Origin: Vicugna vicugna
Lineage: Eukaryota
Reading direction: 5' to 3'
Length of the DNA: 64,000 nucleotides
Assembly: GCA_013265495.1 (NCBI GenBank)
Contig: MU058423.1
Location: forward strand, 9,161,627-9,225,626
The notes below the pieces were generated by a model that had not been told where the DNA came from, searched no databases, and saw only the letters and a list, made by a program, of their open reading frames with translations. The translations under genes were made by a program, and so were the position numbers. Below are positions 56,498-64,000 of this stretch, in pieces (the first letter of the stretch is position 1; every line of letters begins with the position of its first letter).

Positions 56498-58164
56498 CTT
56501 TTTTTTTTTAAGATGGTGATTCCCATTCATTTGTATTATGTCTTATAATATATTTAATACATATACGTATTTTTCCAGTCGGGTTTTTTATATCTAGATG
56601 AGCACAGATGCACAGAACAACTAAGTACAAAACCCAGAGGTAAGTGATTTTTAGAAAAAGATCATAGGTGTCTTCTGAGACACCTGTAAAAACTTTCTGT
56701 GAGAAAGGACCCTTGTATAAAGGCTTTTAGGACAGAAACAACACTGGAAAACTTCGGAAAGAAAACTTATATGCTACCTGAATGATCAGATATCCAAAGT
56801 ATTAAGGGGAACTCAAAACATTTATCCCAATAATTATTTTCTTACTTTATTCTCAAGTTATTTTTTCAACTGTAAGTCAAATTTGCTGTTTTAGATTAAT
56901 ATGACTTTCATGTTTGTAATTTTTCAAAGCATGGTTGACTTACTTGAATAACAACCTAAAAATAGTTTTGTTTCTTCCACTAGTTTTTGACTCTTGCTAT
57001 TTCTGATCCTTGTTTATCATTTTTTAAATGAAAGCACAAGTTCAAAATGAGCAGAAGAAAAGAAATATTTAGAGCAGAAACCAATGAAATTGAAAACAAG
57101 AAATCAATAGAGAAAATCTACAAAACCAAAAGCTCATTTTTTGAAAAAAAAATTAGTAAGATTGATAAGGCAAAAACTGTCCCATCTTACCAGTTCTTTT
57201 ATCCTTGCTTTTTAAGCTAGACTATTTTTACAGTGTCATTCCTTGAGAGAGAGGTTTGGCTAATTGCTTGGTGTCAATAGCTGGGCATCATTACTACTGA
57301 GAATCAAAGAGATTCAGCTACTAACCAAGTACCCAGACTGGCCTGAAGACCAGTAGGGAACTGCCCAAATACTTGGAGGAGAAGCTAACAATTGAAACAG
57401 AATCTAAGAATATGGATAGGGTTTTTAATTTTTAATTTTTCTCTCTTTTTTTTTTATAGTCAGCAAATGAGGAGGAATAGTCAATGCAAGTTGGTTTTAT
57501 GTAAAGTTTGTGGTACTTTTCATATAAGACCAGACGAAAATGCATATAAATTTATTATCTAGTATATGTGATTTTAACCAACTAGAAGTGTTTAATAAAA
57601 CGAACTCTACAACAAGTACACAATGTAGGAGATAGAAGAACCAATGGTAATTTAGAAAAGGATGATAAAATGTATATAACATCATCCAAATTAAAGACAT
57701 CTATGTGCTCTTCACAGCAACTGAAGACAATAATTTCCTACCAGTCACAGTTGTGAGATAATGTGATAATTGAGAACATGTGGTTAAACTTCATGTTACA
57801 AAACAACTCTTTGTAAATGTAGGGCTAAATTCAGCTACTTTAAATTGAGTAAAGGACAATCATTTTCGCTCGTCCTGTTATCACAAGCTGCTTGTATCAC
57901 AAGCTGATTTCCATGGTATCTTGCAGAGCAGATGTCTATTCACGTGACTTTGAGCATTGCTCTAATTTGTAAAAAGACTAAGCAGTTTATAACAAGACCT
58001 GTGAAAATGAAAGTGCTTGTTAACGCAAAAGACATTACTTTGAAGCTAGGAAAATTCTACTTCAAATACACTTAAAGCAACACAGCCTACCTAACATAAA
58101 ACTTGTAGAAGTATATCTCAATAGGTCACACCAACACAGCAAAATTTCCTGAATTATTATAAAA

Positions 58165-60660
58165 AGTACTGGTTCTATCACTAGTTAAACGGCATAAGCA
58201 TACTCTATCCTATTTCTCCCAACGACCACAACACAAATCCTGGACAGAATACATAAAGAAACTAATCGAGGATGCTCAAAGTAAATAGTAGCAGACAAAT
58301 TGGGTAAGAAATCAAAACTGAAAAATAAGACCAACAAAATAGTGAATTTCCAATTTTTTTTCCCCTTTTATTATTTCCTGGCTTAGTCTCAAGGGAACCC
58401 AGATTCTGGAATATTGTGAAGAGCACAGGCAAAAGAAAATCTCTTTCTCAGATAAGTGGAATGAGAAAAGGGTCCCCTGAAGAACAGACAGAATGGGGAA
58501 ATATCCTGGTTTTGTTTTCCTCTGTTGGCTGTGCAGGGCTCCAGCTCCAAGCTGCGCTCTGTCTGGGCAGTGGCTGAGGGCCCTGGCTGCATCAGCAGCT
58601 GAGCTTGCTGATACACCTTGAAGGTAGAGCCAATTGTGGGAGGTATCTGACAGCACAAGAAGACTGAAAGCCAGGCATTCTGGCCAGAGAACCAGGAGAA
58701 GAAACCCTGGGAGCCAGAGAATGTTGTAGAAATTTTGGAGAGGAGACAACTCAAAAAGGCAATCCCATAGATATGTGTTTGAAGTTCTAGGATCACTCCG
58801 AGGAGCTCATGTGTGAAACTGACATGATATAGAAGACCAAAGTCCATGGTATAGACCACCACCCAGGCCCCTTTAGCCCCCGGGGAGACACACAGAGAAC
58901 AGATCCAAATAGGACTGAAAAGGTATGAAAACTGAAATTACATTGGAACCATGCATGGCCCACAAGCCAAGACTTTTGGCCTGAACCTAACAGGGACAAC
59001 AAGCTGCGACACCCCAAAAAAGAGAAAAACTCAACATTCTCCAGAGGATTTGAACAAGCCTTAGAGTTTCATAACATAACAATTAAAACATCCAGGATAT
59101 AAAGCAAAATTACTCAACATTAAAAAAAATAATAATAAAACAGAGGCAAAAATAAGAAAATGGCAGCAACTCACAAGGGATAAAACAAACCCCAGTTTGA
59201 GATGACTCAGATGTTAGGATTACCAGAAGAAAACTCGATAGCTCAGTAGCAGAAAGGAAAAGAGGAAATTGTCTGTGAACTTGAAGAGCAATAGAAATTA
59301 TCCAATCTGAACCACAGAGAGAGAACAATGAGATGATATCAAATAGTCTAACATTCATACATTTGAGAGGCAGGAGGAAGTGAGAATGAAATTAGTGCAG
59401 AAAAAAAAATTTGAAGAACAAAATTAGAGAATGCATACTACCCAATTTTAAGCCTCATTATAAAGCTGTGGTAATTGACACAGTGTGTTATGGGTGAAAT
59501 CGTACACACGTGATCAGTGGAACAGCACAGGGTCCAGGAATAGACACAAATACAGTTAACTGGTTTTTGATAAAGGTGCAAAGTCAATTTAATGGATGAA
59601 GAATGCTCTTTCAGTAAGTGGTAGGGAAAAACAATTGAACACCCAAATGCAAAAACGAAACAAAACAAAACAAAACCTCTCTGTCCCAACCTCAAAAAAA
59701 CCATGCAAACTATAAAACATTTAGAAGAAAACATAGAAGGAAATCTTTGTGGCCTTGAGTTCGGCAAATTGTTTTTAGTTATGATACCAAGAGGACAGTT
59801 CATAAAAGAAAAAAAACTATAAATTGGACTGCATCAAAACTTAATTTTTTTGTTCTGCAAAAGACACTCTTAAGAGAATTAAAACACAAATTGTAGACTG
59901 CTGGACAATGTTTCAAAATTGGACAAAGGAAGTGTACCCAGAATTCTCAAAAAAAAATGTACAAAGAGCTCTCAAAATTCAATAATAAGAAAAAGCCCAA
60001 TTTAACAAATGGACAAAGGATTTGAAAGGACACTTTCTAAAAGATACACAGACGGCAAGTAAGCACAGGAAAAGGTGGTTACCATCATTAGCCATTAGGG
60101 AAATGCAAATTAAAATCACAATAAGATAACGTTACTTATCTAATAGAATGGCTAAACAAACAAGCCAACAAAAAATGGACAATAATAAGTGCTAACAAGG
60201 ACAGGAAGCAACGAATTATCACACACTGTTGGTGGGAACACAATATCATATAGTTATTCCAGAAAACAGTTTTGCAATTTCTTATAAAGTTAAATACACT
60301 TGTATGATCCAGCAATCCTGCTCCTAGGAAGCTATTTACTCAGAATAATTGAAAACTTATATTCACACAAAATCCTATCAATGAATGTCTGGAGCAACAT
60401 TATTCATAGTTGCCCAAACCTGGAAATGCCCCAAATGTTTCCGAATGGCTGCCTCAGCACAACGTGCAGTTCTATTGTATGACATCCAGGGGTTAGGTGT
60501 TGTCGGGGATTAGAGGCGAGGAGACATTCTGACTACAAAGGAGCGGCGTAAGGGAATTTTGGGGGTGATGGAGGTATTCTGTATCCTGATTACAGTAATG
60601 GTTCAATAGTTCTATGCATGTGTTAAAACTAATAGAATTGGACACATTTAAAAAAAATGA
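58165..60660 (+). mobile_element. Decayed L1 (5'UTR/ORF1 pieces then the ORF2 3' end)
   Basis: Motifs gtgaacttgaagagcaatagaaattatccaatctgaa; tttttgataaaggtgcaaag; cattagccattagggaaatgcaaattaaaatcacaat; atgatccagcaatcctgctcctagg. Confidence 0.8.
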
Positions 60661-61316
60661 ATTGTAGTCTCTCTCTACATATACCTTTCCCACCATAAGC
60701 TATAAACTGTAAATTCAGCTTTGTCTTGGCAGCAGGTTATTTTGATGGTGTTTTTCAGCAAACTGGCATTCCACAAAAATAAAAGTACCATTCTTTTTTA
60801 TTAGGGAGGTAGCAGGTATTTGAGAAACATGTATGTCAACAAGGTACTGACATTCTTCTTCTTGAAATCCTGTGCCAGGAAGGCCACTCACTCAATTAAA
60901 CAGCTGCTCCAGATCTGGAAGTTTGCGTTGCCGTTTTTCTGGCTCCTCACTACTACTTTTAAAACATTGTTCCCTCACTGACAGGGAAAAAAAATCTCCT
61001 TTGCCATTCCTACTCTCCCACCGTGTGCCCTGCTTTCCCCTGACACCTGCTCGCCACGTTTCCACACTTCTCAGGAGCATTACCACGTGATTCACAGTCT
61101 GTTTCTTTAATGTGCTTTAGCCACCTGTACCCATGACTCCATTTTGGACTTCATCACCATGATGCTCTACCTCTAAATTATAGACCCCAACAGTCGAGTA
61201 TTTATCCCGAACTTCCCTTCATTTCAGCTGTGTCGTTACTTTACTCCCACTATACCTATTTATTTGAACTCCTCAGGAGTTTTAGTCACTTTGTTCCTCC
61301 ATTTACCTTGTTCTGT

Positions 61317-61440
61317 TTCCTTCCTTCCTTCCTTCCTCCCTCCTTCCCTCTTCCTTCCTTCCTTCTTCTTTCCCTCCTTCCTCCCTCCATCCCTTCCTTC
61401 CTCCCTCCCTCCCTCTTCCTTCCTGCCTTCCCTCCTTCTT
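61317..61440. repeat. (CCTT)n/(CCCT)n pyrimidine microsatellite
   Basis: Read directly. Confidence 0.9.
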
Positions 61441-61928
61441 TATCTAGCTTTGACCCACAGTGTCCATAACCTCTTCCTGCCATTGCCATATCTTTTTGTA
61501 CTTTCATTCCATTCACCCAGAATTACTTTAACTTGGATCAGTCCACTGATCTCCTTCTCCACTCACTCAGTTGACAAATCTGTCAAAGATTTCCTGGAGA
61601 ACACTACACAACCACATAACTTAGTGGATTAGATTTAGAGCGCATTAGTGGATTGCAAATGTATGGTCTTCAGTATTAATATATCTACCTCAAGGTGATC
61701 TTAAGTATCTTCAGTTGACTGTTTCTATTATTCACAATAGTCATTTCAAACCTTCACAGATCTCTTCTAGCCAGCCTTCCCCCTCACACACATATGGCAA
61801 AGAAATAACCAAAGTTATTAGGCAACTTTCTCAGCTTCTTGAATCACTCCTGTGATAAGCAGAATTCTAAGATGGCCCCGATGACCTCTGCCCCTGGTGT
61901 CACTCACATGATTAGGTTACATTACTAG

Positions 61929-64000
61929 TGTCAATGTTAAACTTTACCTGAGACTGAAAAAGAGGAATGCTTAAAAAATACCCCAACCGTTTGTTTTCCC
62001 AAACTCCTCCACCCTTTCATGGTCTGAGAAATGGCTTACTGCAGAGAGCAACTTTTCCAAGTACAACTGAAGTAAGATTTTCTAACTTTCTCATGATTCT
62101 CGTAAGACTCACACATGACCCCATTGTTTATCTGTGACAAGTTCCTTTCACATGAATCTTCTGAACTGGGCAGACACAGAATGTTCAACTTCCAGTCTCT
62201 GTCTCATGATGGAGCTGAGATTAGAACTGTTTGTCTACCTGGAATTAGCTCTCCACAGAGGAAAACATTTCCTGTTCAGCTAACCAACTGAGACTTCCCC
62301 TGCTTGCAAAACAGCTCCAACTGTAAATCATTCCACCTGCAGCCTTGAGCCTTCTTAGTCAGTTCAGGCTGCTGTGACAAAATGTCCCAGACTGAGTGGC
62401 TTATAAACAAAAGAAATTTATTTCTCACAGCTCTGGAGGCTGGGAAGTGTAAGATCAAGGTGCTGGCAGGTTAGGTGTCTGGTGAGAACCTGCTTTTGGA
62501 TTCACAGATGGCACCTTCTGCCTGTATCGTCACATGGCAGAAGGGGCTAGGGAGATCTGTGGGGTCTCTTTTATAAGGGCACTAATCCCATTCATGAGAG
62601 CTCCACCCTCATGACCCAGGCATTTCCCAAAGGCCCCACCTTATACCATCACATCAGACATTAGGATTTCAATGTGAATTTGGTGGGGACACAAACATTC
62701 AGACCACAGCATTTCTCTTGAAACTCTGAGGCAAAACCACTTGCTGAGATACTGTGATCTGCTCTCCCCAAGAGCCTGAATAAAATCAGTATCCTTACTT
62801 GTCCAGTTTTTGGCTTCGACAGTGTGGTGCCGTGAGTCAGGCAGGACTAGACCTCTCCTGCAGTCCCTTTTACGCCACCCAGGCAAGGAGAACTCCGCAA
62901 GTCCTTTGTGCTCCACTCCTGACTCATGATCCAGAGATGCCGTGGCAAGCCCAGCTCTTGGTCCTGTGTTCCAGACTCCTGTCCATCAGTGGCACAGTAA
63001 GGATTTGATTTTTATTCTTTTTTGAGTACTGGCTTGATTTCTGGTGCTGGCTTCTTTCAGTTTTATGGTCTGAAATTTGGATGAACTCTGTAAATATCCT
63101 AAATGGTTAATAGAAATCTTGTCTCTGTGGGTGAAAGATAGCAGGGAATCTGGCTTATTACTCTTTTTTGTCTATTTTAAATTCAAATCAATTAAGAATT
63201 TGTACCTAATGGGAAGAGAACCCCTCTTTTCTTTCTACTTGGCTGAAAAGCAAAGTTGGCTGAAATTTTAAAATTGAAGCCATAAACTCTGTTTGGGTCT
63301 GTATGTATGTTTATATGTCTGTGAGTGTAATTTTTCTTTCCTTCGTGGTAATACTAGATTATAAAATTTCTTAAAAGAGTGCTATTTGGAATGATTTAGA
63401 GAAAAGTAGGCCTTGTATAATTATGAAATTTCAGAAATTAAAGAAATTAATCCTCTAATAATTCTACTGTATATGTATATATGTAGATATATACATACAT
63501 ATACATTAATGCAAATTGCCTAGGAATTCAAGTTCACATTATTTAGTAAATCTTTGGCAAATAAGACTAGATTAATGTTGTTGGTTTAATAAAAACAGCT
63601 ATATCTTCTGAGTAAGTATTAAATCTAAGTATAGAAAAAATATATATATACAAGGGATGATTGTGGATTTTGTTTAGAATATTGTTGATATTCATGTTAT
63701 ATTTTCTAGATATAAGGAACCCCTTTCTCTTTTCTCTTGAGCTATCTATAACTCATAATAATTTAGTAAGTGCTGCTTTTATAAACAGAAATGAAACATT
63801 TATAATTTTCTCTCATCCAGCGAGAAATTCAGAAACTCCAGAATTCAAAAACTCTTACTGAATATTCTTATTTTCATGGCAATATAGCTATTTTCACAAT
63901 TTTGATAACAGTTTGTCCTTTCTGTTAACAAGACTTAAGTGAAAACGTTGCTTATGCAACCAAGGCCTTGCTTGGAATGTCATGATTGAGAATAATGCTC
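61929..64000 (+). mobile_element. ERV1 (MER31/MER67-like) LTR plus PBS and internal sequence running off the window
   Basis: The LTR starts tgtcaatgttaaactttacc, has AATAAA near 62778 and ends ...gaca near 62821. A tRNA-His-like PBS tggtgccgtgagtcag follows at 62825. Confidence 0.65.
62352..62711 (-). mobile_element. MLT1A-type MaLR solo LTR inside the ERV1 LTR
   Basis: Sequence cttagtcagttcaggctgct...tttatttctcacagctctggaggctgggaag...ataagggcactaatcccattcatgag...ggacacaaacattcagaccacagca. Confidence 0.85.

Overview
This is mammalian genomic DNA, most likely camelid because it carries four copies of a vic-1-type tRNA-derived SINE. On the minus strand it holds the complete SLC35A3 gene (Golgi UDP-GlcNAc transporter): a non-coding first exon in a CpG island at about 50.6-50.9 kb and seven coding exons from 33787 down to 18129. 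These splice at GT-AG sites into an intact 981-nt ORF (326 aa). About 13 kb downstream on the same strand are the CpG-island promoter and first coding exon of MFSD14A/HIAT1 (5055-5138); the rest of that gene lies left of the window. The remainder is intronic or intergenic and rich in L1, L2, MIR, MaLR/ERV LTRs and Tigger-family DNA elements. Nearly all other ORF-track entries are spurious. I found no convincing new biological system. The best second-look items are uORFs overlapping both start codons, a candidate in-frame alternative first exon for SLC35A3, a (CGG)9 leader tract whose poly-Gly frame is in frame with SLC35A3, and an orphan polyadenylated retrocopy nested in a DNA transposon nested in an L1. 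Repeat family names come from recalled consensus sequences, and repeat boundaries are approximate.
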